A DNA stretch of 64,000 nucleotides from Desulfosudaceae bacterium (GCA_963674745.2 CAXXDV010000003.1:544001-608000), one strand, 5' to 3'; shown: positions 31,120 through 41,192, numbered from the stretch's first letter. The notes: a model not told the origin generated them from the letters alone. Made by a program: numbers and translations.

Positions 31120-32394
31120 GTGAAACAGTTGTGGAAAATCGGCTTGGGAATTTTGTTTTTGATGGTGCTGGGAAGTATAACGGTTTCGGCGGCGGAAGAA
31201 TATTATTCCTCCCAGGGCGTCAGCGGCGATGTGTTTGGCCGTAAAACCGGCATCATTCATCCGTTTATAAAAGTTTCCGGAACGCATACCGAAAATGTTT
31301 TCAATTCATCTGATAATGAAGATTCCGACTTTATCACGAGTGTTGCGCCGGGGATAGCCCTGGCCATTCCCGGAACAGGCAATATCAATACGGGCATGTC
31401 TTCAGCCACCGGTGCCCCGGGCGGGCTGTCGACCTCCAGGCAGAAACTGTTTACAGTAAAACGGTTTCAGGGCTTTCTGGTATATAATGCCGAGATAATA
31501 GAATACAGCGATAACTCCGATGAAGATTTTACGGGCCAATACTTTACCGGCGCATTTCAGTACAACGTCCCGGGCAGGTTGACGGTTGATATTGCTAACA
31601 AATACCAGCGTGCCCAGGAAATGTGGGGGGAAGCCGGCATTACCAATGATCATGCCACTTATGACGATAACCTGGCCCATGCCATTTTAGAATTTACTTT
31701 CTCGTCCAAGTTCAGCATTACCGCCGGCGGTTCCTATCACACCCTGGGATACAAACACGGGATTAATGAATTCAGGGACCGTGATGACGCCACGTTTTTC
31801 GGTTCCTTTAATTATCACATCAGCCCCAAGATTAGCCTGATTTTTGAATACAGGCAGGTTGACGTCAGCTATGAAGAAGATCTTTCCGAGATTCTGGACA
31901 GCTCTCAAAAACAAGTTTCGGCCGGTTTGGCTTGGGATATCACTGCCAAGTCAAAGGGTGCGCTTAAGTTCGGTTATGTGAACAAGGAATTTGACGATTC
32001 AAGCCTGGATGATCCGTCTACCTGGACCGCTGAAGCATCTATTGCGCACATGCTGACCAGTAAGACCGTGGTTACGGTCAGCGGGACACGGGGATTTTTT
32101 GAAACCAACATACAGACATCGGATTATTTCACCACCAACCGGGTTGGCCTGACGATCAACCAGAAACTTACACCTAAACTGGGGGCAAACCTCGAGTTGA
32201 ATTATCAGAATGATGATTATGACGGGATCGACATTGAAAACGATACCTTCAGTGTCAGTCCGGGCCTCTCCTATTCACCGACCCGGTGGATGACCTGCCA
32301 GCTGGCGTATTCTTACTCGGATCGGGATTCCGATGATGATAACTGGGATTACACCACCAACGCGTATACGTTTTCCATTACCGCATCCTTTTGA
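31120..32394 (+). CDS. Outer-membrane beta-barrel protein (BBP2 type, EPS-export associated)
   Basis: Signal peptide, alternating beta-strand pattern, C-terminal YTFSITASF; next to wza. Confidence 0.8.
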   Translation: MKQLWKIGLGILFLMVLGSITVSAAEEYYSSQGVSGDVFGRKTGIIHPFIKVSGTHTENVFNSSDNEDSDFITSVAPGIALAIPGTGNINTGMSSATGAPGGLSTSRQKLFTVKRFQGFLVYNAEIIEYSDNSDEDFTGQYFTGAFQYNVPGRLTVDIANKYQRAQEMWGEAGITNDHATYDDNLAHAILEFTFSSKFSITAGGSYHTLGYKHGINEFRDRDDATFFGSFNYHISPKISLIFEYRQVDVSYEEDLSEILDSSQKQVSAGLAWDITAKSKGALKFGYVNKEFDDSSLDDPSTWTAEASIAHMLTSKTVVTVSGTRGFFETNIQTSDYFTTNRVGLTINQKLTPKLGANLELNYQNDDYDGIDIENDTFSVSPGLSYSPTRWMTCQLAYSYSDRDSDDDNWDYTTNAYTFSITASF

Positions 32395-32440
32395 TGGGTT
32401 CCTTCCGGGGATGATCCGGAACCAAACCTGAAAGTAGCAT

Positions 32441-32600
32441 TAGGTCTTGAAGGTTTTAGAGTTTTAGGGTGTTAGAGTTTTAAGGCTCTAGGCTTTCGTA
32501 ATGCCTGGTCTCGTAGGGGCGACCGGCGGGTCGCCCTTTTGTCGTGATTAGGTGGTTAAGTGGTTAAGTGATTATGTGTTTAAGTGTTTAAGTGATCAGA
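32441..32600 (+). repeat. 8-mer arrays around a GTAG REP hairpin (32513-32536)
   Basis: AGGTTTTA GAGTTTTA GGGTGTTA...; GTAGGGGCGACCGGCGGGTCGCCC; then GGTGGTTA AGTGGTTA AGTGATTA TGTGTTTA. Confidence 0.85.
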
Positions 32601-32754
32601 ATAAAGACTTACAGTTTAATTAGAAGAAGCATTCCGCCCGGACAGTCGTCGAACTTCAGATATTATAGACCTTTAAAGCATCCCTTCACATTGAACTTGA
32701 GATTTTGAACGGACGCAGTGAGTTAAACTTATATAAACCCCAAGGGAAAAGTCA

Positions 32755-33066
32755 ATGCACCGGATTTTAAAAGACAATATTGATAAAATTCATGTCTTAT
32801 GCATGCAGCATGGGGTTAGATCTCTATTTGCATTTGGCTCTGTCTGCACGGAGCAATTTGACGAGGCCAGTGATATTGACTTATTGGTTTCTTTTGAGCC
32901 GATGGATTACGGTGCGTATGCGGATAACTATTTTTCTGTTGCTGAAAAACTCGAAGCGCTTTTCCGCCGTCCCGTTGATTTGATAACTGATAAATCGTTG
33001 TCAAATCCTTATTTTATTGATTCGGTTAACCTTACCAAGATGTTGCTCTATGGAAAACAAAATTAA
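32755..33066 (+). CDS. mntA: Minimal nucleotidyltransferase antitoxin (MntA-like)
   Basis: GS-x10-DID (FGSVCTEQFDEASDID), RPVDL; overlaps HEPN gene. Confidence 0.88.
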   Translation: MHRILKDNIDKIHVLCMQHGVRSLFAFGSVCTEQFDEASDIDLLVSFEPMDYGAYADNYFSVAEKLEALFRRPVDLITDKSLSNPYFIDSVNLTKMLLYGKQN

Positions 33067-33382
33067 GAAATTTCTTTATGATATCAGCGTTTCCATCGCT
33101 TCTATCGAAACCTACCTGGAAGGTGTTGCAACTTTTGATGATTATCAAAGCAATAAAATGCTTCGGAGAGCGGTTGAACGAGAGTTCGAAATTATTGGAG
33201 AGGCCATGAGCCGGCTCGATAAGCTTGCTCCTGAGATAAACATCTCATCCAAAACGCAGATCATCAGTATGCGCAATCGGGTTATTCACGGTTATGATAA
33301 AATAGATGACGGAATTATCTGGGGGACGATTATTAAGTACCTGCCTGTCTTAAAGACGGAAGTCGCGAATTTAATCGACTAA
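33050..33382 (+). CDS. hepT: HEPN / DUF86 ribonuclease toxin (HepT-like)
   Basis: AVER.FEIIGEA and R-x4-H-x-Y (RNRVIHGY); ATG 33050. Confidence 0.9.
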   Translation: MENKIKKFLYDISVSIASIETYLEGVATFDDYQSNKMLRRAVEREFEIIGEAMSRLDKLAPEINISSKTQIISMRNRVIHGYDKIDDGIIWGTIIKYLPVLKTEVANLID

Positions 33383-33489
33383 TGAAATCGGTGGAAGGAT
33401 GGATCAGCGATGGTCGGTTATTGAATCTGATCCGGGCTTATCTGGATTCTGGCGTTCGCCAGAATGACGAGGTGTTTGTTCCTTTTCGC

Positions 33490-33518
33490 TTGACCGAAAA
33501 CGATTTGGCCGGTATCAT
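33490..33518 (+). promoter_or_regulatory. Sigma70-type promoter for wza-wzc
   Basis: TTGACC-17 bp-TATCAT. Confidence 0.6.
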
Positions 33519-33634
33519 AATCGTTTTATATAACAGTCTATAATTAATTATCCGTTAGAAAACCAGCTTTTGGTTTTATGCGGGTTTGTCATGATACAGG
33601 GATCTGCTGGTCAATGCTGATATATCGTTCATCA

Positions 33635-34444
33635 ATGCAAAAAATGCTGCATCTGCTGGGAATCGTGTTGGTGTTGCTGATGTTTGTGCCCGTTGGTTGG
33701 TGCAAGGACTACACGGTCGGTGCGGGAGATACCCTGCACATAAACGTGTTCGGCCATCCGGACCTGAATCAGACGGTTGAAGTAAACGAAGACGGCTTCA
33801 TCGTTTATCCCTTCATCGGACAATTAAAGATCCAGGGCATGAGCGTCACCCAGGTATCCCGCATCATCACGGGACGACTGGCCGCCGGATATATTGTCAA
33901 TCCACAGGTAACCGTTGTCATGGATGAATACCGCAGCCGCAAAGCCAGTATACTAGGGAAGGTAAAAGCGCCGGCGCTGTATGAATTAAAAGGGCGTACC
34001 ACGCTTCTGGAGTTTATCTCCACTGCTGGTGGGTTGGCGGCAGATGCCGGCCAATATGCCTATGTTACACGAAAAGAACAGAAAAGCAGAGATTCCATTG
34101 ACGGCAGGCAGGAAATTATCCGAATAGACTTGAAAAAACTGATGGAAGAGGGCGATACCCACCAGAACATACTGATACGGGATGGCGACAGTGTTTTTGT
34201 TTCCAATATGCAGAAAATATACGTTACCGGGCAAGTCGCTTCTACGGGCGCTTATCCTTATGAGGAGGGGTTGACCGTAATAAAAGCGTTGACCAATGCG
34301 GGCGGCTTGTCGGACATTGCTTCACCTACCAGAATTCGAATTATTCGAAAAGGAAACGGCGAAGAAAGAGTGCTTCGTAAGGTTAAGATGGACGATCCGG
34401 TTAAACCTGAAGATGTGATTGTGGTGCCGGAAAGTTTCTTTTAA
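33635..34444 (+). CDS. wza: Polysaccharide export protein (Wza/OPX, Poly_export + SLBB)
   Basis: YTVGAGD, DG.I.YPFIG, YIVNPQV, two SLBB repeats, VPESFF terminus; start uncertain. Confidence 0.9.
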   Translation: MQKMLHLLGIVLVLLMFVPVGWCKDYTVGAGDTLHINVFGHPDLNQTVEVNEDGFIVYPFIGQLKIQGMSVTQVSRIITGRLAAGYIVNPQVTVVMDEYRSRKASILGKVKAPALYELKGRTTLLEFISTAGGLAADAGQYAYVTRKEQKSRDSIDGRQEIIRIDLKKLMEEGDTHQNILIRDGDSVFVSNMQKIYVTGQVASTGAYPYEEGLTVIKALTNAGGLSDIASPTRIRIIRKGNGEERVLRKVKMDDPVKPEDVIVVPESFF

Positions 34445-34473
34445 CGGTTCGAAGTCCTGGGGGAGAAATCTAT

Positions 34474-36636
34474 ATGCCCATCGATATGCAGAATGAATCG
34501 GATTTCCACCCGCGTGAATATCTGAATATCGTATTAAAAAGAAAGCGAATCGTTTTTGGTGTTTTTATTATTTTCGTTATTGGCGGGTTACTGGTATCGC
34601 TTCGTGCCACCCCACTTTATACGGCCACGACTCGACTTAAGGTGGAGAAAAAAAGTAACGATCCGCTTGATATATACGGCTATGCCCGACAGGATTCCGC
34701 ATTTTTCAACTCCCAGATCCAGATTATTTCCAGTCCCGGCGTGATGACCAGGGTGGTCACCATGCTTGATCTTAACGATACTTACAGTCGGTATTTCCCG
34801 GGCCGGGGCAAGCGGTCTTTACTTGGCTTACTAAAAGGGCTTTTTAAAACCTCGGCTGATAAATCAACCGAAACGCAAACCTTACTCCAGGGGCCGGATG
34901 ATCCTGAGCAAATTGAAAAACTGGCCAAAAGACTGTTAGTTGGCCTGAGTATCGGCCATGCTCGAGACAGCCATATCCTGAGGATATCCTACTCCTCGAG
35001 AAATCCCGCTTTTTCCGCTGAAATTTGCAATACGCTTCCACGGGCCTATATCGAACAGTTGCTTGAAATGAAGATGGACAACACCCAGTATACGATTGAC
35101 TGGATGGAAAAAAAGGTGGCTGTCGAACGGGAAAAACTTAAAGAGGCCGAGCATACCCTCCAGGATTACCTGGTAGCTCAAGACATTGTCACTATTGAAA
35201 ACCGTATCGCCATTATTCCGGAGCGGCTTTCCCAGATCAGTTCCCAGCTTACCAGTGCCGAGGCCCGACAGCGGGAATTGGAAATGATCGTGGCCCAGAT
35301 TGATAGCACCCCGATGAATGCCCTTGATACCATCCCGGCCATTGCCGGCCAGGGATCATTGTCGGAAATCAGTGATCAGATTCGGGCAACAGAACAGCAG
35401 ATAATCTCATTAAGCCAGAAATACGGTGCCCTGCATCCGGTTCGTATCCAGGCCCGGAAAACGTTGGAAGAGTTGCAGCAGAAAAAACAAGCGGAAATCA
35501 GCAATATTGTCCAGCGACTGAGGAATGATCTGCAGCTTGCCGCTACCAATTGCGAAAATCTTACGCAACAGCTGGCCAACATCAAAGCGGAGGCGGCCCG
35601 GCTGAATGAAAAGTTTATTCAGTATGACATGTTAAAACGGGAGATAGACACCAAGAAGCAGCTTTACGAAGCCCTGGTGTCCCGGATCAAGGAACAGACC
35701 ATGACCAAGCAGATCCGGGACGTGGATGTTTATGTGGTAGAGCCTGCCAGAATACCGGAAACACCGTCCAACCAGAATCTGCCCCGGAATTTGTTGATTG
35801 CGGTGGTGTTAGGTTGTTTGGGCGGTGTCGGCAGCTCACTATTACTGGAATACATGGACAACACCATCTCCCTGTGTGAAGACGCGGAAGAGAAAACCGG
35901 CGTCAAGGCCCTTGTCGCGATTCCTTTTATCAAGGACGAGGAAATACAGCCGGCTACCATTGTCAGTCATCATCCCGCGTCCGCAGAAGCCGAAAGTTAC
36001 AAGGTGGTCAGGACGGCCCTTTCCCTGTCAACCTCGACCGGGTATCCTGATTCTTTGATGGTGACCAGCCTTTACCCGGGCGATGGCAAAACCATGACCA
36101 GCACCAACCTGGCGGTGGCCATTGCCCAGGCCAAGCGGACCGTTCTGCTGATTGACAGCGACATGCGGCGGCCGACCCTGCACAAAGCCCTGGGCAAAAA
36201 GAACGGCAATGGTTTTGCCGAAATACTGGCCGGGCAAAGCGAAATTGCCAAGACCATCCAGAAGACCGATATCCCCAACCTGTGGTTTATCCCGGCCGGC
36301 ACGATTCCGCCCAATCCTTCTGACCTGCTGGCGGCTGAGGGGACCGTACGGATTATAGAAGCCCTTGAAGAAAAATTTGATGTCGTCATGTTTGACACCC
36401 CGCCCATGACCAGCGTATCGGACAGCAGTGTGCTGGCCCAATATGTGAAAAAGATACTATTTGTGACCCGTTCCGGGATAACCCGCTATGAGGATCTGAT
36501 TCGGGTCATGTATCAGCTCGAAGACAATGCCGCCAAAGTGGTAGGGCAGGTGGTCAACGCGGTGGACATGGAGCGTATGGGACATTATACGCCATATTAT
36601 AAGTATTCGAATTATTACTACGCAAATGAGGAATAA
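34474..36636 (+). CDS. wzc: Polysaccharide co-polymerase / tyrosine autokinase
   Basis: Two TMs around coiled coil; Walker A PGDGKT, A' IDSDMRRP, B FDTPP; Tyr cluster YTPYYKYSNYYY. Confidence 0.95.
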   Translation: MPIDMQNESDFHPREYLNIVLKRKRIVFGVFIIFVIGGLLVSLRATPLYTATTRLKVEKKSNDPLDIYGYARQDSAFFNSQIQIISSPGVMTRVVTMLDLNDTYSRYFPGRGKRSLLGLLKGLFKTSADKSTETQTLLQGPDDPEQIEKLAKRLLVGLSIGHARDSHILRISYSSRNPAFSAEICNTLPRAYIEQLLEMKMDNTQYTIDWMEKKVAVEREKLKEAEHTLQDYLVAQDIVTIENRIAIIPERLSQISSQLTSAEARQRELEMIVAQIDSTPMNALDTIPAIAGQGSLSEISDQIRATEQQIISLSQKYGALHPVRIQARKTLEELQQKKQAEISNIVQRLRNDLQLAATNCENLTQQLANIKAEAARLNEKFIQYDMLKREIDTKKQLYEALVSRIKEQTMTKQIRDVDVYVVEPARIPETPSNQNLPRNLLIAVVLGCLGGVGSSLLLEYMDNTISLCEDAEEKTGVKALVAIPFIKDEEIQPATIVSHHPASAEAESYKVVRTALSLSTSTGYPDSLMVTSLYPGDGKTMTSTNLAVAIAQAKRTVLLIDSDMRRPTLHKALGKKNGNGFAEILAGQSEIAKTIQKTDIPNLWFIPAGTIPPNPSDLLAAEGTVRIIEALEEKFDVVMFDTPPMTSVSDSSVLAQYVKKILFVTRSGITRYEDLIRVMYQLEDNAAKVVGQVVNAVDMERMGHYTPYYKYSNYYYANEE

Positions 36637-36639
36637 TAT

Positions 36640-36842
36640 AGGTTCAGGGTTCGGCCCTAGGGGCACGGCGTGCCGTGCCATTTTGATATGATTTTGTGGT
36701 TATGTGGTTAGGTGATTAGGTGGACGGGGTGTGAGGCCGGGTGTGGCCCGCTTCGCGGGGGTTTTTGGTATGACCGCGGATGTTGTAGGGGCGGCCCCCT
36801 GTGGCCGCCCGGTGATGGGCACCCACAGGGGGGTGCCCCTAC
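36640..36842. repeat. REP cluster with 7/8-mer arrays
   Basis: TAGGGGCACGGCGTGCCGTGCC; TGTGGTTA TGTGGTTA GGTGATTA; CCCGCTTCGCGGG; inverted pair GTAGGGGCGGCCCCCTGTGGCCGCCC / GGGCACCCAC...GTGCCCCTAC. Confidence 0.85.
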
Positions 36843-36932
36843 ATGTGTTTAGATTTCTGTTCTTATGTCTTCTTAAGATTGTGCTGGTGTGTTTTTGTGC
36901 CCGGCTTTCGCCGGAATGACGAAAAAGGATTG

Positions 36933-39293
36933 ATGATTAAAGCCAGTCGTGCAACGTTTATTGTGTTGCTTTTGTTTGCCCCGGTGGCATTCGGCAGTGT
37001 CGAGCCCTGGGCGTTTTTTTTTCTGGCCCTGCTGACGGGCCTCTCCTTGCTTTTTTATCTCGTCCATTGCCAGCCTTCTGATCGATACTTTTATCGAATT
37101 CCCGGTTTTATTCCCCTGGTATTGATTTTTTCACTCCTGGTTTTCCAGTTGATCCCTTTGCCGGAGTTCCTCTCCGCCGTCCTTTCGCCGCGTTCGTTAT
37201 CATTCAGACAGCAGACTGTCGGCCTGTTTGCCGACACGGCATTCTGGCCCCTTTCCCTGGATGTCCGGGGCGGTATTTATGAGCTGTCCCGTTTTCTGGT
37301 CTGTTTTGGGTGCTATGTGCTGGCCGTTCAATTGCTGGCCGACGGCAAAGCTTTTAAGCGGATTGTTTTGATACTGGCCCTGTTCGGCGGGGCGCTGGCG
37401 CTTTATTCTATCCTGCAGTCGATTTTTACGGTGGATCGTGTCCTCTGGTTCAGAGGTGTGCCGGAAAACGCAAATCCTTTCGGCCCTTATGTCAACCGCA
37501 ATCATTATGCCGGTCTGATGGAAATGCTTTTCCCCGTCACCCTGGCACTGACTTTTCTCTACCGCCCGGCACCCCAGTTCGGCACCCGGCGGGAGAAAAT
37601 TATCGGGTTTTTTGAAGACGATGATTTTCTCGTTTTTATTCTGCTCTGTTTGGGCTCAGTGTTGATGGCCCTGTCCGTGTTCATGTCCCTTTCCCGGGGG
37701 GGCATATTCGGTCTGTGCGTTTCTCTCGTGTTTTTCATGTCCATCTTTGCCTGGACCACCAGCCCTTCCCGACGGTCAGGCAAAACCCGGCTGGCGGTGG
37801 TTATTCTCTTCGCCATTGTCCTGGCAGTGTCCTGGTTCGGCTGGGATCGGCTGGATCAGCGCTTCGGAGAATTGGAGGGGGAGATAATTGCAGCCTCCCC
37901 GGCATCGCGTATTTCTATAGTAAAAGACGGCCTGAACATGTTCAGGGACTTCCCGGTGTTCGGTGCGGGTTTTGGCAGTTTCCGAAATGTGTTTCCAAGA
38001 TACCATAGCGCTGCCTCCTTTCACCTGGTTGATCATGCCCACAATGATTATCTGGAACTGCTGCTGGAAGGCGGTGTCTCAGGAATGCTGCTTTTTGCTT
38101 TATTCTTTTTATTCTTGTTTAAACAGACATTGGTCACCCTAAAAAAGCGGGTGGAGCCATATGCTGTTTTTGTGTGCCTGGGCGCCGTGTCAGGCCTGGC
38201 AGCGATTTTCTGCCACAGCCTGGTGGATTTTAATCTACATATCAATGCCAACACGCTTTATTTTTCTTTTTTGTGCGCACTGGTGGTGTCGGCCTCGCAC
38301 ACCCGTTTCAGGTCGCATATTACACCCGGCACTTACCTTTCTGTTTGCCGGCAGAAAACAAAACCGGTGGTGCTGGTGATCTTTTTTGTTTTATGGATTC
38401 CGCTGCTGGTTTTTTCCGCCGGTCAATGGGCGGCCGATTATTATAGCGATCCTTTTATGGATTTGAATATTTCCGGCCAGACAGACCTGGATGTGCGGCA
38501 GAATTTCGCTTCAGCAGCACAGCAGGCATCGCGCCTGGATCCGTTTAAGGCGGTTTACCGGGTCATGGCAGGTGATGCCGCTTATGCGTCCAAAGACTAT
38601 GCCGACGCATTACAGGCCTATCAGCAGGCCATCAGGCTGGTGCCGACCCGTGCCGAATTTCTTCAGCGGGCCGGGTGGGCGGCTTATTTTGCAAACAATG
38701 ATATCGACCTGGCCGATGCTTTGATGGCTGCCGGAGTGGATTTTTATCCGGAAAAGCCTGAACTTTACGGACGGTACGCGGCCTTTCTGCTGACGGTCGG
38801 GCAACATGCCGCGGCCCGGGAGGTGATACGAAAAGGGCTGGATCTGGATCCGCAAAAGGCGAAAATGTTTTTTGACATCATGCGTGCTGGTGGTTTGTCG
38901 TACACGGAAATCTATGCCGCCTTGACGGATCATTCCTATGTCTGGTACACGTTTGCGACATATATCCGGAATACGGATTATGATTACATGACCAGGGAAG
39001 TGCTTGTTGGCGCCGTTAACGCAGCCAAACTGGAGGAATCACCTTCTCCTGGTGTTTATTTAACCCTGGCCCGTTTATTTGCCCGGGAAAAGAATCATGA
39101 TGAGGCGATTGCGGTTTTGAAAAAAGGGGTGGACAAACTGCCTGAGAACGTCGGTCTGCTTTATGAACTGGCCCGGCAGTACGAGATGCTTCAGATAACC
39201 TACAAGGCGGTGGAGTTGTATAAAAAGATCGTGCTGCTGAATCCCGGATACGGCAGGGCTGAGCAACGGCTGCGCGAACTGACAAGCCTGTGA
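36933..39293 (+). CDS. O-antigen ligase / O-oligosaccharyltransferase-like membrane protein with C-terminal TPRs
   Basis: GPYVNRNHYAG, SLSRGG, P.FGAGFGSF, HAHNDYLE motifs; TPR-like helices in last ~250 aa; ATG 36933 with RBS AAGGA. Confidence 0.85.
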   Translation: MIKASRATFIVLLLFAPVAFGSVEPWAFFFLALLTGLSLLFYLVHCQPSDRYFYRIPGFIPLVLIFSLLVFQLIPLPEFLSAVLSPRSLSFRQQTVGLFADTAFWPLSLDVRGGIYELSRFLVCFGCYVLAVQLLADGKAFKRIVLILALFGGALALYSILQSIFTVDRVLWFRGVPENANPFGPYVNRNHYAGLMEMLFPVTLALTFLYRPAPQFGTRREKIIGFFEDDDFLVFILLCLGSVLMALSVFMSLSRGGIFGLCVSLVFFMSIFAWTTSPSRRSGKTRLAVVILFAIVLAVSWFGWDRLDQRFGELEGEIIAASPASRISIVKDGLNMFRDFPVFGAGFGSFRNVFPRYHSAASFHLVDHAHNDYLELLLEGGVSGMLLFALFFLFLFKQTLVTLKKRVEPYAVFVCLGAVSGLAAIFCHSLVDFNLHINANTLYFSFLCALVVSASHTRFRSHITPGTYLSVCRQKTKPVVLVIFFVLWIPLLVFSAGQWAADYYSDPFMDLNISGQTDLDVRQNFASAAQQASRLDPFKAVYRVMAGDAAYASKDYADALQAYQQAIRLVPTRAEFLQRAGWAAYFANNDIDLADALMAAGVDFYPEKPELYGRYAAFLLTVGQHAAAREVIRKGLDLDPQKAKMFFDIMRAGGLSYTEIYAALTDHSYVWYTFATYIRNTDYDYMTREVLVGAVNAAKLEESPSPGVYLTLARLFAREKNHDEAIAVLKKGVDKLPENVGLLYELARQYEMLQITYKAVELYKKIVLLNPGYGRAEQRLRELTSL

Positions 39294-39309
39294 GGAAAAC
39301 GGATTTTCG

Positions 39310-40008
39310 ATGATTGATATTCATACCCATATTCTTCCCGGTGTTGATGACGGGGCTGCAAACATGGACGAGGCCATTGAAATGGCGAAGATTGCCGAAC
39401 AGGACGGTATCCGTCACATCATTGCCACGCCCCATCTGAGTGATCCGGAACTGCGGCAGAAGGAAATAGAAAGCCGGACAGCCGAGGTAAATGAGGCTTT
39501 ACAGGAAGCGGGTGTGAACGTGACAATATATCCGGGGGCCGAGATCCCGATCTTTATGCTGGATGATGAAGATTGCCGGATCGGCCTGGCCGGGTCGCGT
39601 TACCTGCTGGTGGAGTTCCCGTTTACCGGCATGCTGCCGGTGTCATCGGAAATTTTCGGCCATCTGACCGGGCGGGGTTATAAAATTATTATTGCCCATC
39701 CGGAGCGGAATTATGCGGTCATGCAGAACCCGCAATTTCTGCTGGACCTGCTCTCACCGGATGTTACGCTGCAGATCACGGCCGGCAGCCTGACCGGTGA
39801 AATGGGAAAGGAAGCCATGTCCCTGGCCCGTTACCTGTTGAAAAAAAAGGTGGTGGCACACATGGCCTCTGATGCCCATAATGTCACGGACAGGCGCCCG
39901 GAACTGTCGGCCGGGGTGAAGGCTGCCGGGAAATATCTTAAGGGGAGGGCGGGGGCAGGGGCATCGGCGCTTGTAAATGAAAATCCAGGGAGGATAATCG
40001 GGGGGTGA
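39310..40008 (+). CDS. CpsB/CapC-type PHP protein-tyrosine phosphatase
   Basis: DIHTHILPGVDDG, ATPH, AHPERN, SDAH. Confidence 0.95.
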   Translation: MIDIHTHILPGVDDGAANMDEAIEMAKIAEQDGIRHIIATPHLSDPELRQKEIESRTAEVNEALQEAGVNVTIYPGAEIPIFMLDDEDCRIGLAGSRYLLVEFPFTGMLPVSSEIFGHLTGRGYKIIIAHPERNYAVMQNPQFLLDLLSPDVTLQITAGSLTGEMGKEAMSLARYLLKKKVVAHMASDAHNVTDRRPELSAGVKAAGKYLKGRAGAGASALVNENPGRIIGG

Positions 40009-40024
40009 GGACGGCCTGCTTTAC

Positions 40025-40593
40025 AGGGGTTTTAGGGTTTTATAGTTTTAAGGTTTTATGTGATTATGTGATTATGTGATTATGGGATTATGGGATTATG
40101 GGATTATGGGGCGTTGGCGAATGCCGTAGGGGCACGGCGTGCCGTGCCCTTTTGTCATGGTTATGACGTGCTTTAGTTTTTTGTGTGGCCCGCTTTGCGG
40201 GAGGGTGATGTGGGTTCAAGTTGCCGTGGCCCGGCGTTCCAGGTGCCAGACGACGTAGCGGAAGGCTTTAGCCTTCCATTTTTTTTGGAGGGCTAAAGCC
40301 CTCCGCTACAAATATCTCATCAGGCGTCATATTTTTTTATAAAATTGTGCAGGCGTTTCAGGCGCGGAGGGCGACCAGCCGGTCGCCCCTACACAGAGCA
40401 ATGCACGGCCGTAGGGGCGACCGGCTGGTCGCCCGCTGAAGGGCAACCACAGGGGGTTGCCCCTACATGGATGTATTCACAATCGGGCACGGCACGCCGT
40501 GCCCCTACGTGGACGTCATTTGCGATTGGATGCAACATGCCGTTCATATACATGCTTATGCCACGGCCGTAGGGGCGACCGGCTGGTCGCCCG
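40025..40593. repeat. Composite REP / 8-mer cluster
   Basis: (ATGTGATT)3(ATGGGATT)3 array; six GTAGGGGC-type REP hairpins plus a GTAGCGGA-type inverted pair at 40255-40309. Confidence 0.9.
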
Positions 40594-40598
40594 AACAA

Positions 40599-40853
40599 TC
40601 AGAGTGTTCGGTAGATGTCTCTTCTATGTCCCACACGCAGAATAACAATGTCGGATCCTTCAAGATCAAAGATGACCCTGTAATCACCGATTCTAAAACG
40701 GTATGTTCCAAGTCGGGGATCTGTTAGTGGTTCGGAATAATTAAGCGGAGCCTGTTGGTAGCGAAGTAGTGTTTTCCCAATACGTTTTTTTATGTCCGGG
40801 GCGAGTTTTTTGATGTCTTTTACGGCACGGTTTGTGTAAACGAGGTTGTACAT
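40599..40853 (-). CDS. RelE/ParE-family toxin
   Basis: 84 aa; A.KD.KKL, YRFRIGDYRVIF, VGHRRDIY. Confidence 0.92.
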   Translation of the reverse strand: MYNLVYTNRAVKDIKKLAPDIKKRIGKTLLRYQQAPLNYSEPLTDPRLGTYRFRIGDYRVIFDLEGSDIVILRVGHRRDIYRTL

Positions 40854-41056
40854 TATTCCCCGAAGACGTCATTATGCGATTGGACGTTTCCTTCTTTGTA
40901 ATCATTTCTCGCTTCTTTGATGCTTTTGAGATAATCGGGTGATGTTGACGCAAGAAGGTCTTCCAGAAAAGCATCTCTTTCTTTTTTCTTCATATTCATA
41001 ACAGCCTGAATTAATATTTCCGGCTTGATGTCAATTTTAATCGAGTTGGATTCCAT
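40853..41056 (-). CDS. Putative cognate antitoxin
   Basis: Small ORF from ATG 41056 (RBS GGAGG) whose stop overlaps the toxin ATG; SIKEARNDYKEG tail typical of RelE-linked antitoxins. Confidence 0.75.
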   Translation of the reverse strand: MESNSIKIDIKPEILIQAVMNMKKKERDAFLEDLLASTSPDYLKSIKEARNDYKEGNVQSHNDVFGE

Positions 41057-41192
41057 GGTGCCTCCTGCTTGATGTGTCTGAACCAAATTGATCTTTTAGT
41101 ATTATATTAAAAGAGTAAGATAAACCGTTTTGGAATGCAATTGAAAATTACGGGTTTGGGGTTCGGGCTCAAGGTTCGGGGCTCGGCCGTAG

